This document shows positions 1-14,264 of a DNA stretch of 64,000 bases, piece after piece. Source of the stretch: Chrysomallon squamiferum (lineage: Eukaryota; Animalia; Mollusca); assembly GCA_012295275.1 (NCBI GenBank), contig CM022665.1, forward strand, positions 14,632,001 through 14,696,000. The letters are read 5' to 3'. The notes under the pieces are model-generated. The model was given only the letters and a program-made list of their open reading frames with translations. It searched no databases and was not told the DNA's origin. Within the stretch, counting starts at the first letter, position 1, and every line of letters begins with the position of its first letter. Made by a program: the position numbers and the translations under genes.

Positions 1-1010
1 CAGAAGAGTTTTAAGAAAGAAAAAGAGAGACAGAAAATGGAGAGATAAGCTAACAGCCATTCAAAAAATAAAAAGATAAGACTAGAACCAGATGGAAAAA
101 AAGAGAAGCAAGCAATGAAAATACAAATGAAAGCAACAAAAGAAAAACATTTTTTTCTCTCCTCTTTTCACCCCTAAATACTTCAGATTCATTTTCAGCA
201 TTACTTTGAAGTAATCATTATCCTTTGGTGCAAAAAGAATAATTATTTTGCCATTACAAATACGAGACCAGTGAACATTGCTATGCAAGACATAATAGTG
301 ATTTCTGGAGGACATATTCAGCAGGGAGCTGAGGGTCGGTATTCAGAACCAGGCTAGCATAACAGGGATGTCCAGCAATGAATCAGGGGTCAGCAATGAA
401 AACAAGTGACCATCACTTTGTAGTGACACCATAAAGAGATTTCTGGACAGGCTTCCAGTTTAAATTGATGAATATCAGATAGAGGCGGCTTCTACCATAA
501 CATCAAAGTCAGCTGAGATAATTAATTAAACAGGTACAATTATGATACCTGGAAGATCAAAGTAAACAGCAGGCAGGAGAGAAATGCATTATAACGTCAA
601 ATTTGTCTACAGCCAATATGTTCAGATATACAACATGTTTTAAATGTAATGCTACTGGTTTGTACATATAATGCAATATCTGCAGATGTCTATGGCTGTC
701 AGCAGTGGCTTGGTCTTTGATCATTTGAATCTATTTTAATAATCTTTATGGTTTTGTTGTTGAAGTTAAACTGTGGAACATAGCTCCCTGACATTTCTTC
801 TAATGTTATCATCATCATCATAATATTGCAATTGTGTTCACTTTAGTTTTTTAACTGTAGGTCTTAGAAATGTAATGAGTTTGAGACTATTGAAATGTCA
901 TTAATGTAGCATGAATCAACAAGTGATTATGTGAAAACATATGGCATAAAGAAAGAAGAATGAATATCTAAGGTGTAACACAAGAATAAATCAATAAAAC
1001 TTGAATAAAT

Positions 1011-1176
1011 AAATGTTTGGTTAAGAACACTTCTTCACATGTTATTATTAATTCTAGTACTGTGTCTATAATTTAACTTGTTAATATCAGTAAGGAATGT
1101 CTACAGGCACTTTTGTGATAGACAAGAAAGTATATAACCTAGCCTTTTATTGATTCAATGTGGCTGAAAGTAGCCT
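1011..1176 (-). mobile_element. Decayed tRNA-derived SINE fragment (central domain and tail)
   Basis: ATCAGTAAGGAATGTCT...ATAGACAAGAAAGTATATAACCTAGCCTTT aligns with the motif TTAGACATGAAAGCACATACCAC at ~26208 and TTAGACAGGAAAGCACTTACCAT at ~63575. Boundaries approximate. Confidence 0.55.
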
Positions 1177-1651
1177 AATAAGACAAAATAAATAAATAAG
1201 AAGAAGAAAAAGAAGAATTAATATTATTATTGTTGTTATTATCATTGTTATTATGTGAATAAATTAAAAATAATATAAAAATCTAAACAGTCTACATTTC
1301 TAATAATAGAACTAATAATAATAATAATAATAATATAAGCCACTTAAAAATAAATTCAAATACATTTACAATAAAACCAACAAACCCCCACGCCCCCAAA
1401 ACCCAGCTGTAACATTAAACTTTACAAACATGGATTAGTCATCTTGATAGGCTTGCCAAAAGCAAGGCACCCTACATTACTCAGTGTACACCCTTATTGC
1501 CATTCACCACAACTACCGGAATTCTCAGCTGAAAACTTATGGGAGGCCACCACAACTCATCCATCTTGGAAGACAATGGAGTGACAGGAGTGACAGCCGT
1601 GACGGATTGAGCTGGTGTCCTTACTAGTGGTCTTTCAAATGGAAATAGCCA

Positions 1652-1711
1652 GTCTGAATAACAGTGAATGGTACATCAGACGTCTGAATAACTATGAATG
1701 GTGCATGGGAC
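1652..1711. repeat. 30-bp tandem duplication
   Basis: GTCTGAATAACAGTGAATGGTACATCAGAC followed by GTCTGAATAACTATGAATGGTGCATGGGAC. Confidence 0.85.
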
Positions 1712-1814
1712 GCCAGAAACAGGACACAGGCAAACAGACAACGTGTCTGGGTGACAGGTTCTAGAGATTTGTTTCTTGAACAATGTGGATTAGACAATTA
1801 GTGATTGATCTAAG

Positions 1815-1845
<31 letters not shown>

Positions 1846-2923
1846 AAAAAAAAGAAAGAAAAAAGAAGAAGAGAAAAAAAGGCCCTGTTCCCAACCATCT
1901 TATTGTAGCTAGCCCACTAGGGTAGTGATAAATGTGTTATTGATAGAGATGACCCTGACTGTTGAGGACATTGAACAAAACAAAAAGTTAAGAAAAATAC
2001 AAGTATTATAAGTAAACAGTAAAATAGGAATGTTTTTAATTTCTATACAGTGAAACATTATTATAGGTACATAAATAAATAAATATTGAGAGTAATTAAC
2101 TTTATTTGGATACCATATTTTTAAAAAAAAAAAACCAACAAACAAAATAAAAAATAAAAAATTATAATAAAACCAAATTATATAAATATTCTAATTTTTC
2201 TTTTATTATTTTTATTTAACTGTATCATTCATTTATAGTCAGCATTGAGACAAAATTATATATAATAAAATTACTGACTTGGTAACAAATATTTTTGGTA
2301 TGTTTATTTAAATGTTCAAATTAAACCACATTCAAAGAAGTATTCTTTAAATTCAAAAATATTCTATTAGTGTATATCGTTTAAACCATCATTCAACATG
2401 ATAGAAATAAGAATCATTTTTTATAAATACCATACATATTTTATGATTTTTAACAAAATTTATTTTTTCAAATTTAGTTATTTGTAATTAACAAAAATAA
2501 AATTAATATAATATTATACCAATTTCTACATCTTTTTTTAAAAAGAAATCCTCAAAAACTAAAATAGTATTAATAATATTTTAACTACATTTTTCTTCCT
2601 TTTTTTTAAACTAAAAATTCTGAAATCCTTAATTCAGGACAATAAAACAATAATAATAATAATAATTATTATAATAATGATTTCCGTATCATTTATTCAC
2701 CCTCCTCAGAACTCTGATATTCTCAATTCACAGACAGTTGCCTGTTTTTCCCATTCTGCCGGTGCACTTCATATCAGTGTTGAAATAAATAACTTGCGTG
2801 ATTTGTCTAAATGCTGAAAAATAGCTTTCTACACATGCAGCCAAGTTTTGTACTGGAACACTGCCTCATGAAGACTTCAAAGAGAACCGATGCTAATGTA
2901 GCTGCTGATAGACAGTCAGATAC

Positions 2924-2967
2924 CTTTGAAGATGAACAACATCATAGATGTCATTTATCAAATCTTC
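2924..2967 (-). CDS. Candidate 44-nt internal exon (EDLINDIYDVVHLQ), unknown gene
   Basis: Minus strand: ttgttttttatttttaataacag|GAAGATTTG...CTTCAAAG|gtatct. Good acceptor, weak donor. Only frame 0 is open. Confidence 0.18.
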
Positions 2968-5448
2968 CTGTTATTAAAAATAAAAAACAAGGCCTCACCT
3001 GAAGAAAAGGGGACAACAAAATTTTGCAGACTTTTCTGCAATCATCTGTTGTTTGAGGCTTTTTGTTTTGGCTTTGATAAAAAATAATAGTTTAAAAAAA
3101 CAATAACAATAAAAAGAATGAAGAGATATGTTAAAAATAAAACCAGGTATGAACAATATCTACAAAGGGTGTAGATACACAGGCAGAAAAAAAAAGAGTG
3201 TAAAATGAAATTGTACACATACAGTTCTATCTTGATATGAAAATTAAAGCTAAAGTTGATTTACCAGTATTACTTTATCATCAGCTATTGAAAATCAAAT
3301 GGATTCTTCAGAGAAAATATACTATCAACTGTAAGTTATATTTTGTGTATTTGACTACCAATTGAGGGACCATGTCTAGAACAGAAAATATACTGTAAGA
3401 GAAATAGACCTTTGACCTACAGGTTTGTATTCTTAACACCAAATTACAGCTTGTTTACATCAGTGGAATTAGAATATATTATATACATAAATATACAAAA
3501 ATAATTTGTGTCTCTATTTGTTGGTTAATATATGCATTATCTGTAACAGGTAAAAACGAGTAGTACATACATTTTATTAATCTTGTTATGTTTGTCTGTG
3601 TGTGTACTCCTGTGTATTTTTAATTTAGAATACAAATTAAGCGTCTTCAAAAATAAATATCTTGTCATTTTTGTTGCCTTCATTTTTAGCTATATAAGTA
3701 AAATTATTTTTTAACAAAGTGGCTCTCTATTATTATCATAATGCATGTATTAAACTGAAAATTAAAAAGCAATGCATTCAAAACATACAAACACAAAAGT
3801 GAATATGGGATAAATTATTATTTAACAGGCTTGCCTCTATTTTTATTCAAATATCAATGTAAAAACCTACAGATGTCTGTACTTAATTTTATTCAACAAA
3901 ATATATTCCAAACATCTTGGTCACCCAGATATCTAACTCAATTCAATTACAAAATATTTAAAATGAGAAGAAAAAAAGTTTTAAAAAAGACTGCAGTCCC
4001 CACCAAGTGACCCATTCTTTCCTAGCTGAGCATAATCTGTTTATGCAGGGTTGAAATGTCACTGTATGCAAACATGGCCCATTGTGTTCTGACATCTATG
4101 ATTGATGGCACCATGTTGTGTATGACAGGCCTTCATATGAAATTAATTCTCGCTTAATGTAGGTGTGATTAAAGTTTTGATGTGTAATCTTGTCACATTT
4201 GCTAGGCTATTCAGTATATCAATTGGCTGGCGTGGGGCAAGGTAGTGACAATTCAGCAGTGAGAATCACAGTTAGTTATATTTTTTTCAAAAATCTTTTC
4301 TATAGTGTTATTGTCAAAAGTTGTGGCTTAAAACATGGAAGGCCATCATATCATATTTGTATACGAAGTTTCACTCAAGTGTAAAATGATGTGAGGTTTT
4401 ATTCTGTCTGATTTCTTGTCTTGTTTACCAAACTGAGAAGTAAATCAACAGATGCAGTCATGCATATAAATACCTATCTGTAACATTTAATTTGTAAGTG
4501 TAATAAATTGAACGGTTGATGAAATTTGAAAAGCCATGATGTGATTTTGAGCTTATGCAATGCAAAACATTTTTTAGCTAAGAAATTTATACAGTGGGTT
4601 AAAGTAACCTGGTAAAATTTATGTCCGTTTTACTCCATTATAGGAAAATTTAACTGCAATAAAATTTATACCAATGGGAAACACTGAATACTGTGACCAC
4701 ATCAGTGATGTAAAATTTCAGATTCAGAGTATGTCTATATCAATATATTTTTAGTGAAAAATACATATTAACTTAAGATTAATAAAATGTCATTTGAGTA
4801 AATAAATATATATTTTTAGAAGCAAAGCATAGAAAAGTCAGTATGTGTTTCTGACTCCCGTTTACTATATTTGTGATGTTGAATTTTTATCTATTAATAA
4901 AACTAAAATAAAATGTAAAAAATATGTATAAAAAGTAAAAAAAACACCAAAAACCAAACACAGTATGAGGATTCAAATTACTTAGCAAACCTGTTTTCTT
5001 TTCTCTTTCTATTACATCATTAATAACAATACTATTAATTAATATGATTTTTTTCTTTCTATTTCTTTACTTCAAAAAATATTTTACTGTTTCATTCTTT
5101 TGTTCTTATGTTCTTCAACAATAAAAATAAAAAGTAAAATGTGTTTTACATTAAAGCAACATTGTAATATTACCCCCCCTATATATAAAAAAAAAAAAAA
5201 AAAAAAAAAAAATGACAATGCTACTTCCATGTTATGATTATTTCTAAGGATCACATAACAGCGCTCGCTGAAAAATCATCAGTTATTATATTGATACTGA
5301 CAACTCATCAATAGTATCTGAGCTGGCTGTCAACTTCTCATTACTGCTGACATTTTTCCAATAAAACTTGGTGAGGTGTAATAATTTCCATGCCGCCATT
5401 TCAATGTTGAGTTTATTTTGAGAGCAGCCATCCATGTCCAAACACAAG

Positions 5449-5700
5449 CATGCTGAAATGTATCTGATGAATAATTATATAACACTGACTGAATACTGTT
5501 TAGTTTATTTTTTTTTTTTAAAATGCAGTAATTTAAAAATAATATAAATCATGGCTGTAAGTACTATCTGATGAATAATCACACAGTATTGATTTTTTTG
5601 GTTTTTAAAACAATAATGTAAAAGTTATATTAGTCATGCTGCAGCTACTATATGATGAACAATTATTTAACAGTGAAAGATGTTGTCTTCTTTTTTTATA
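5449..5700. repeat. Degenerate tandem repeat, 3 copies of ~85-100 bp
   Basis: CATG(G)CTG...TATCTGATGAATAAT core recurs at ~5449, ~5550 and ~5635, each followed by a T-run. Confidence 0.75.
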
Positions 5701-7475
5701 AATTTTAGAGCAACACAAAAATAAAAACTGATTCCATTAATTTTATTTATTTACTTATTCATTTTTAATTACATTATTGCTGTTGTTAAGGAAGTTTTAA
5801 AAAAGAACAATAAGATATACAGTGGCAGAAAGTTTATACAACGAAAAACAGCAAAACCAACAACAAAACATCTTGTTTCCAAATTACTTCATCAGACTCA
5901 GTCTTAAATAGATCATTTCTAAAGAGCAACAAAAATAACTTGGTGTTTTGTTTACCAAAACCCATGGAAAGAAAAGTCTGAAAAGGCCTCCATTAAAATC
6001 TAATATTGTATTTGAATTTAATCTTCAAGAATGGGTGTATGGGTAATAAATCATCCACGCTTCGCTGGCTGCCCTCATGCTGTTCCAGTGCCTTTCCACT
6101 GGTCACACCCCAGTGATTTGGGCTACTACATGACACACTGTATTTAACGAGAACGACGGCTCTAAAAAGAAGTTCAATTCTGCTCATAATTATTTTCCTG
6201 CCAGCAAATGATTGCAATTTGAGAACATGTCATTGAGAGAAAGAGATAGTCTCTGCTTCAGCAAAATGGGGCACAACAATAAAACAGCATTTTCATTTTT
6301 TATTATTTATTATTTTTAAACCTTTCCTTTTGAAAACCATTGCTCACCATTAAACTACTATTTGTAAAAAAAAAAAAAAATAATAATAATAACAATAATA
6401 AAAAGGAAAAAAAAAAGAAAAGTAAAGAAAGGATTTTTACATTCTAAATATTGGCCCCACAGGTGTGCATGAAATGTGAGTTTGATCTGAGTTATGAGCT
6501 GTTCAGTAGCTAGAGATAATATGTTAGAAGTAAAACAAGCAATCACTCGGCAATATGACATTCAGGTGGTCATAAAACATAACTGTCTGCAAACAGGCAG
6601 GTGTGGTGTAAGCATTATTCTCTGTGAACTTGGTGTGCTGCAGTAATGAAAGGAAAGGAATCTTGGTTAGTAACACACAAGAACAGATGTTAAAATCAGT
6701 GGCTGTTTTGTGTTACTATAAAACCGTTTTCCAAGTTTTGACAGTATGCGTACATAGATAGAAGCAGAAAAGGCATACATAATATATATGTATTGCTTAC
6801 ACACACAAACACATACACATACATGCACACATTCAAACATACATACATACATGTATGTATGTAGATTCACACAACAACAAAATGGACAGATGACTGAAGA
6901 CTCAAAGGATACATGAGAATAGCTTATTTTCACATATAAAAATATAGAAAAATTATTAAATTAAAATATAACAGCAATATAATATATCTGTAATTTATGA
7001 CACCTGGTACAGTATGATGTTAATAATAAAAAATGCTGTTATTCTGTTGAAGAATCATTATTTATTTTCACTGCTGTGGGTCTGCCCATCTCAGAAAGAA
7101 AGTATTTCCAAATTAAAGGTCACCACAGTGGAAGCTTCAAGTGTTACCATGTGGCAACTCACACACTTTTTGGCTTGTATTTATTTGATTAATCTCCATG
7201 TTTACAGAGGTTCAAGCTATTATAAAAAGATTGGAAGAATCCTTTAAGCATTCCATCTGAAAACCTAAATCACAGAGCAAAGAGATGTACATAAAGAAAT
7301 AACAGGAAAGAAAAGAACAAAGTAAGAAAGAAGGAAAAAAAGGAAACAAAAAAGAAAAAAAAAAAGAAAAGAAGATTGCTTTAACAAAACCTCCCTAAAA
7401 TTTAATGTTAAAAGTTTTTAATTTTACAAGAATAAACTGGTCAGGCATTTTATTTTATTATTCTTTTATCCGATA

Positions 7476-7476
<1 letters not shown>

Positions 7477-7513
<37 letters not shown>
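7477..7513. repeat. (TAT)n microsatellite
   Basis: Perfect trinucleotide run. Confidence 0.95.
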
Positions 7514-7516
<3 letters not shown>

Positions 7517-8009
7517 AGTATTACAATACAAAAAAAAAGGCTCCTAACAATTATATTCAGTCTAGTTTTATGGAGAATACATGGTACAAATGACATGTAG
7601 GCCTATTTAACATATTTGTCAGTTTCTATGGTCAGTGTAGATTTGTTCAGTCACAAACTGCTAATCCCCCCAAAAAGACTAACAAACACTAATCCCTTCA
7701 GCTTACCACTTCTCACAACTTATCCCTAAAGCAATCATTATGACTGACATTTCAACAATTTGTGTTTTGTTGAACAGGTGCATTGTGGGATTGGTTAATC
7801 TTCCTTTTTTCTTTTTTTTTTAATATCCACTTTCTCTACTCAATTATTTAACAAAAAAGAAAGAAAGAAAAGATAACAAAACAAAAATAAAATGAAATGA
7901 TGTGAAACAGCTTGGGTGATGATGATTTATTTCTTTGTATTTGGTATTCATAACAAATTAATCTTATAAAAGATGTACATTATAAGTAATCAAATATATG
8001 GACACTGGT

Positions 8010-8165
8010 AAGCCAAGAACTGAACAGGAATACCTGTTTAATGAAACCTGGAACCATTTTTATAATAAGTATTACCTGCTATGTTTTTTTTTTTTTATAA
8101 TTACAGCTGTCAGTTGTGAGGCACTGGCTGGATTGGGAAATAACCCACTGAATATTCCAAATTGA
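8010..8165 (-). mobile_element. Decayed SINE fragment
   Basis: CAGTTGTGAGGCACTGGCTGGATTGGGAAATAACCCACTG matches CACTGGCTAGAATCTGAAATAGCC at ~26251 and AACTGGTTAAGTGGGAAACTGCCCAATGG at ~52452. Confidence 0.5.
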
Positions 8166-8204
8166 TTAAATCTTACATATTTATATATATAAATAAAATA
8201 ATAA

Positions 8205-8239
<35 letters not shown>

Positions 8240-8669
8240 GTAAATGTTATGAATGAGACACATGCATATACCCACACTCATACAAACACACAAATACAAA
8301 TGAACACATACACACACACACCTGAAACTTAATATAAAATACAACTTGAAGATAAGTTTGTTCTCCATTTAAATGCAGTACCTTTATATGTCAGCATAAC
8401 TGTAACTCTAATCAGCCCATGACTACAGCACTTGACGGGTTAATGCAATGATAATTCAAGAGTTAACAACACCACCAGATGACTCTCAAAATTAGGAGCA
8501 GGCCACACCAACGATTAACCTAAGATGGAGAAAAATGCTGGAGTGCATGGCTAAGATGCATTCCAAGGAATTATCCAGTGACAAGTATAATCTTAACATA
8601 GTACCTAATTGTGTACTTTAAACTACTGCTATTTTAAATATGTCCTCCTCAGATTTATGTGTAGGTGAG

Positions 8670-9210
8670 GCAATTCAGCTGCAGTATTGTATTAATGCTC
8701 ACAGAATATTTAACATTACAAATTAATTACTTAAACCTATTACAGCTGTTTCAAAAAAAAATCCTTCTCGGAATTAGCTGGATGTCAGGCCATGTATTTG
8801 CCAGTATTATATTAATGCATAGAAAATGTTTAATATTAAAAGTTAATTAAAATATAAATTACAAACAGTAAAGCAATCTTATACCAAAGCAATTTTTTTT
8901 TTTAAATGTCAGCGTAACATTAAGCTGTATTGGATTTACCAGTATTAAGGCTCAGAATATATTTAGTATTGACAATTACTTTTTAATTTTTTTTTATTAG
9001 TCTTTTCTATGTAAAAAATATGCATAAACTTGACATTGTATAACTAATAACAATGCAATTTATAATCAAAACAGTTTTTTTTAAATGTCAGTCTCAGTTA
9101 AACCATATTTATTAATATTAATGTATTTATTCAGCTGAATTAATCACAGTGAGTTTGAAATCTATAACTGGCAGAACTAATCATAATATTATTTAACATT
9201 AAAAGTAACA
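8670..9210. repeat. Degenerate tandem array, 3-4 copies of ~130-180 bp
   Basis: Recurrent CAGTATT(N)ATTAATGC...GAATATTTAA and TTTTTTTAAATGTCAG blocks (e.g. ~8896 and ~9075). Confidence 0.6.
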
Positions 9211-9351
9211 AGGAAGACTTTTAGTTCTGTACCATTCTTTTTTTTTCCCTGTTAAATATGAAATGTCCAAAAAAATGTTATGTTAGTGATTTATAATAAT
9301 AATAATAATAAAACAATGATGGAGAAAATCAGCAATGACAATATTTTTAAT

Positions 9352-9566
9352 ATCAGAGAGAAAATTCTAAAAAAACACCTTGGTAAATTCATAAATTAGC
9401 AGCATGGAAAATTTTATGTACACCTACTCGAAGACAGGGAAGTATATACCATGACTCTGATAATGTAATTGTTGGAGCTCTGGTTAGAGTGGGATACAAA
9501 CCCATAAGGTTGAATCTGTGGCAAAGAATTCCTCAGGCCAGTGCTATACCATTGAGCTCTCCCATG
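9352..9566 (-). mobile_element. Decayed tRNA-derived SINE with head and central domain
   Basis: The reverse complement begins GGGAGAGCTCAATGGTATAGCAC (tRNA-like A box; the same AGCTCAATGGTA occurs at 62822), then a degenerate B box (GATTCAACC), then CATGGTATATACTTCCCTGTC...GTGTACATAAAATTTTCCATGCTGCTAAT, matching the family core. Confidence 0.7.
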
Positions 9567-10474
9567 TCAAGAACAATAGAAAGCAATCTGTTAAATGTGT
9601 TTTTAATTTCCCTAACCAGACTGGAAGCATATTTTTCACGTTAATGGATTAACCTATCAGGGGCTGCATGTTTTCATAACCTTGTGTTAACAAGGGTTTA
9701 TTCATTCAGGTTAAACTTGTACACATGACAAATTAACATCATTTTTCATTTACCATATTATTTTTTTTTTCTCAGTCTGGGTTATTCTAGTCACACACAA
9801 CCTTCCCCTCAACTAAAAAAAAAAAAAAAGTAACTCTGAGATGAGAAGTAGTAAAAGAAACAGACTAGAGAGTAAGACAGAGAGAGACTGACTGAGTGGT
9901 AGTGAGAGAAAGTGACAGAATAACTAAAACAAAAGCACCCACAAATCCAAGGTATCACCTGAAATTTACTGACTATTCACATACCATAAAAAATATAAAA
10001 AAATAAAAATTGTTATAAGAATTTTCTAATCATTTGTTAGAAAAAGAAAGGAAAATCACTATTTTAAAGAAAATGAATGAATCAATGAAATGAGTTCAAA
10101 AAAAAAAAAAAAAAGCTTCTAACAAAAATAATAATAAAAAAAATAAAATGATTTCTTCAACTCCAGATATAAAAAAATAATAAAAATTTAGAAACCGAAA
10201 ATAATTTAAATTATGCTACCACAAATATTACAGAATTTGTTCTGACTGCAAAAAGTAAAATGTTAAAAAAAAAAAAATTTAAATTTAATTTTTAATTTAC
10301 CATTATCCTAAAAATTAAATAAATAAAAACAGAAATAATAATTAAAAAAAAAAGAAAAGAAAAAAGCTTAATTTTTCAAAACTGTGTGGACTTTCTCACC
10401 ACCAGTGTACCTGTCCATATGTCAAAACAATTAACTTAATTCTAAATCTCTTAGAGTTTCTGTTAGTGCAAACT

Positions 10475-10772
10475 TTAACCCTTTCACTGACAATTAAGAT
10501 TAAAGTCTACCTATGATATGTGTGGGAACATGTTATCTTAGCCTAAATAAAGTCACAAATTATTAGCTTTCAAGCTTTACTACTAATAAAGTAATGTCAA
10601 AATGTCCTTACAGATTTACAATAACAACACTTTTAATGTTTCCTCAACTGTATGTTCAGTTTTTTTCTTTAGTTTGTGATAACGTATTTTACATAGAAAT
10701 ATAAGAACATTTTTAAAAATTTAACAGACTGGGTAAGCTAACAAAAATTTCTTTATTAATAATGAAGGTTAA
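10475..10772. mobile_element. Possible decayed TTAA-type (piggyBac-like) MITE
   Basis: Left end TTAA-CCCTTTCACTGAC; right end AATGAAGG-TTAA, a degenerate inverted counterpart. TTAA-CCC termini are typical of the piggyBac superfamily. Confidence 0.3.
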
Positions 10773-13700
10773 AAAAGAAGTGTGAGTTAATAATAATTAT
10801 GTTCATACTTGCATGGTATCTTAAAACATTATTTCATAAATTAATATTTTAAAATTTATTTCATGATCTGTGCTTGAAGGAAAATTTATTTATTTATTTA
10901 TTTATTTATTACCTTACTTGATTGGAGAGGCAAAGGTTGGAAGATAGTAATAAATACATTATCATGTAATTTAATTTAAAATTTATTTCCAGGATTGTTA
11001 AAAAAAAGTGTTTTTAACTTTCTTTTTTACTATTTCTTGTTAATTATACTTACTGCCACCTCACCTACAAAACTTATTTGTTTTATGTTATGTTCTTTTC
11101 AGCTATTACCATCTATTTATTTTTATAATGCTGTTTTATTATGATCTTGACCAGTAAATTCATCTACAGATTTAAAATTTATTTATTTCCCCTGGAGGGG
11201 ACAGAGTACACTGCGAGTCTCAGAGGGTGGTCCCATCAGACATCACCTGTCTTTTTTTATCCAATGTCCATTAAAACCACACAACCACTTTCATTAACCT
11301 CTTCTAACCTACTGAATTAATTCTGAAAATTAACTTTGTGTGGGAGGTCTTGTATGTCATACATAATCATGGCAAAATGCACCACATGATTTATGAAGCA
11401 GGAAATGATAAATGTGATTTCTTGTGTTGATTTCTGACACATTTTTTTTAATTTTTAATATTTTTTCTTCAGGTATTAACATTAATAATTATCATTAAAA
11501 AAAAAAGAGGAAAAATTACAAATTAAAAAATAAAATATAAAATATAAATTCATAATAACAATAAATTAGTTATGTATATGTGGTCCAGTGCATTTCATTA
11601 AATCTGAAATATTAATCATGCCATCATTTGTTGTTTTGTTGTTTTTTTCTTTTGTTTTCTTTTTAAAAAATTACTGGCTACTTTAGATTCTGTAATATTC
11701 AAAACAAAGAAATGAAGTGTATAACAAACAAAATAACAATGATTTATCTTATATAGCTGTAATAAAATAGATTTAAAATTCACCATTACAGTTATTAAAT
11801 AGCTTCTTTTTTCTTATTTTAATTTAAAATGTAAAGCTGATGTATGTTTACGTCACAAACTTTTATAATCATTTAAAGTACACTGATACACAGAAACATC
11901 ATACATACCTGCACAAGTGTGCACGCACATGCGTGAGTGTGTGTGTGTGTGTGTGTACATGTGTGTACATGTGTGTAAAAACATAATTAGATCAATCTAA
12001 TGAGAAAAAGTAGATGTGCATAAAATATTAGGACATTTCATGCAAGGCCTACTACACATAAACAGATTAATTAAGATTTATTTTTTGTGGCACATAGAGC
12101 TTAAAATGTGTTTTGTGTATTTTCTAATTATTGTTTTGTTGATCTTTCCTAATATTATAATAAAATAAGACTGCACATTTAAAAAAATAAAAAAATTAAT
12201 GATAAATAAATAAGTATAAAAATTTAAAAGATCAATATATGGATATAAATGAAAACAAATTACAACAGATGAATCTTTGTATAACTATTAACATATTAAC
12301 AGAAAAACAATAAACAGGAAATAAAATATATATATATATTTTTTTCAATTATAACTTTTTTATTTTTTTTATTTTTTATTTTATTTTTTTTATTATTATT
12401 GTACATGAATATGGAATACAATTATGAAGTACAGATTTATAGTTATACACTTTAAATAATGTATCAGTGTGTTTATTTATTTATTAATACAATTATTATT
12501 AACATTCTTATTTTTATTCTTCTTATTATTATTATTATTATGATTCATATTACAGTTTCATGGCAACACTGCAAACACACAAAATACTCGAAGGCTTATC
12601 GCAGATCAAACTCTAGGAATATTATTTAATTACTTTAAACTTGATATCGAGGATATGTTCTGAACTGAGAATTACACAGACTGTGATTCATCTCACACAT
12701 TAATTGAACTGTCTCCTGGAAACCACTTCTCCTGATTCTCTTATCTTCACAGCCAAAGTTATTCAAGCTGAGACAAATTGCTTCTTCATCTCCACTGATA
12801 AACAAAAGTGACTCTGCCCACAGACAGAGTAAAGAGATTTTCATTTAACTGCTACAATAATAACCTGACAGTTATTTCATCGAGGTAACAGAACCAGACT
12901 TATGTACAAAGCTTCAATAACGAGTTTATCTTGGTTTTAATATAAAAGGTGGCTCGTGTATTTTTCATTTCCTATCAGGGTGTGTTTGGGATACTTCCAG
13001 GCAGGACTTTGACAAAATGCTGTTTGAGAGTGCGGATCTTTGTGTAAAATATGATTAATTGTGACAGCAGGGTTTCCCTGTCTTTACCCTGATTAACACA
13101 AATGTTAGTCTAACACTTCTGATAAAAGCAGCAACCTTTGATGATAAAACATTTTAGATTCAGCATAGATTGACAGAATGATTTTAAATGATGCTCTAAA
13201 ACCAAAATGAAACAGCCAGAAAACAATGTTTTCTTCATGCAAAATATTCATACTGTTACAAAATCAGTGTCCAGAGCTACTGCTGAACATTCATTTATCT
13301 GTTCATCCAAATACTTTTAACTGTTCACATACTGCTATTAAATATTAAAGTATGTATTATTTTATTCAGTCATTTAAAAAATCACTAAATGTAACAAACA
13401 TACATATCAAACAAGGTATTTTATCACTTATCAGTTATTTCATTCTTTTATTCATTTGTTAATTAACATCTGTAAGCTGTAAAAGTAACAAAAACAAAAC
13501 AAAACAAATACTTCTTGCCCCCTTCCCCAAAAAAATATTTTTAAAAAATAATAATAATAAACATAGTGCAACATCAGAAGAAGATGCTTTAATTATATAT
13601 CATATATATAACAATTTGCTAACCAACTCAAGTGAAAAGTGAAAAACTCCATCAGTGTCATTAGGCTTTGTCTACTTTCATCAAACTTCCATTCTGACAC

Positions 13701-14113
13701 ATACTTTACAGTAACACAACAAAGTGGACAGCTAAACAGACAGACATATCAAACTGTCACTGGACTGAAGAGACCACTGTAAAATATCATGATGACTGGC
13801 ATAGTACAAGTTGAAGTGGATTCACCAAGCTTAAACACAAACAAGTAGTAATTGTCGTTTGGTATCCTGATGTTACACAGAGCAAGGTTGAGTACAATCT
13901 AGGATAAATAACTATATTGTTTTCTACTTGATAATGTTTTTTCATTTCAGATAATGTGTAAATACACACACAAATATAAGTACAAACACAAACATGCACA
14001 CAGACAGCACACACAAACACTCATAAACACACATGCACACACATACATACAAACAACCTAGCATTATTTATTATATTGTTCTGGGCAGACCAAGTTCTAT
14101 CTATGACTGCCTA

Positions 14114-14169
14114 TCTCTCTCTCTCTGTGTGTGTGTGTGTGTGTGTCTGTCTGTCTGCGTCTGTCTGTC

Positions 14170-14247
<78 letters not shown>

Positions 14248-14264
14248 TGTGTGTGTGTGTGTGT
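14114..14264. repeat. Compound (CT)n/(TG)n/(TCTG)n microsatellite
   Basis: Direct inspection. Confidence 0.97.

Noticed and set aside
5461-5660. Hammerhead ribozyme or C/D snoRNA suggested by repeated CTGATGA
   Set aside because: There are no flanking stems, no correctly placed GAAA core and no D box with a terminal stem. The motif is explained by a tandem repeat.
9500-9566. Functional tRNA gene (also 43645-43712 and 62816-62880)
   Set aside because: Only A/B-box remnants are present, with no cloverleaf or acceptor stem. At 9500 and 62816 the sequence continues into the SINE core.
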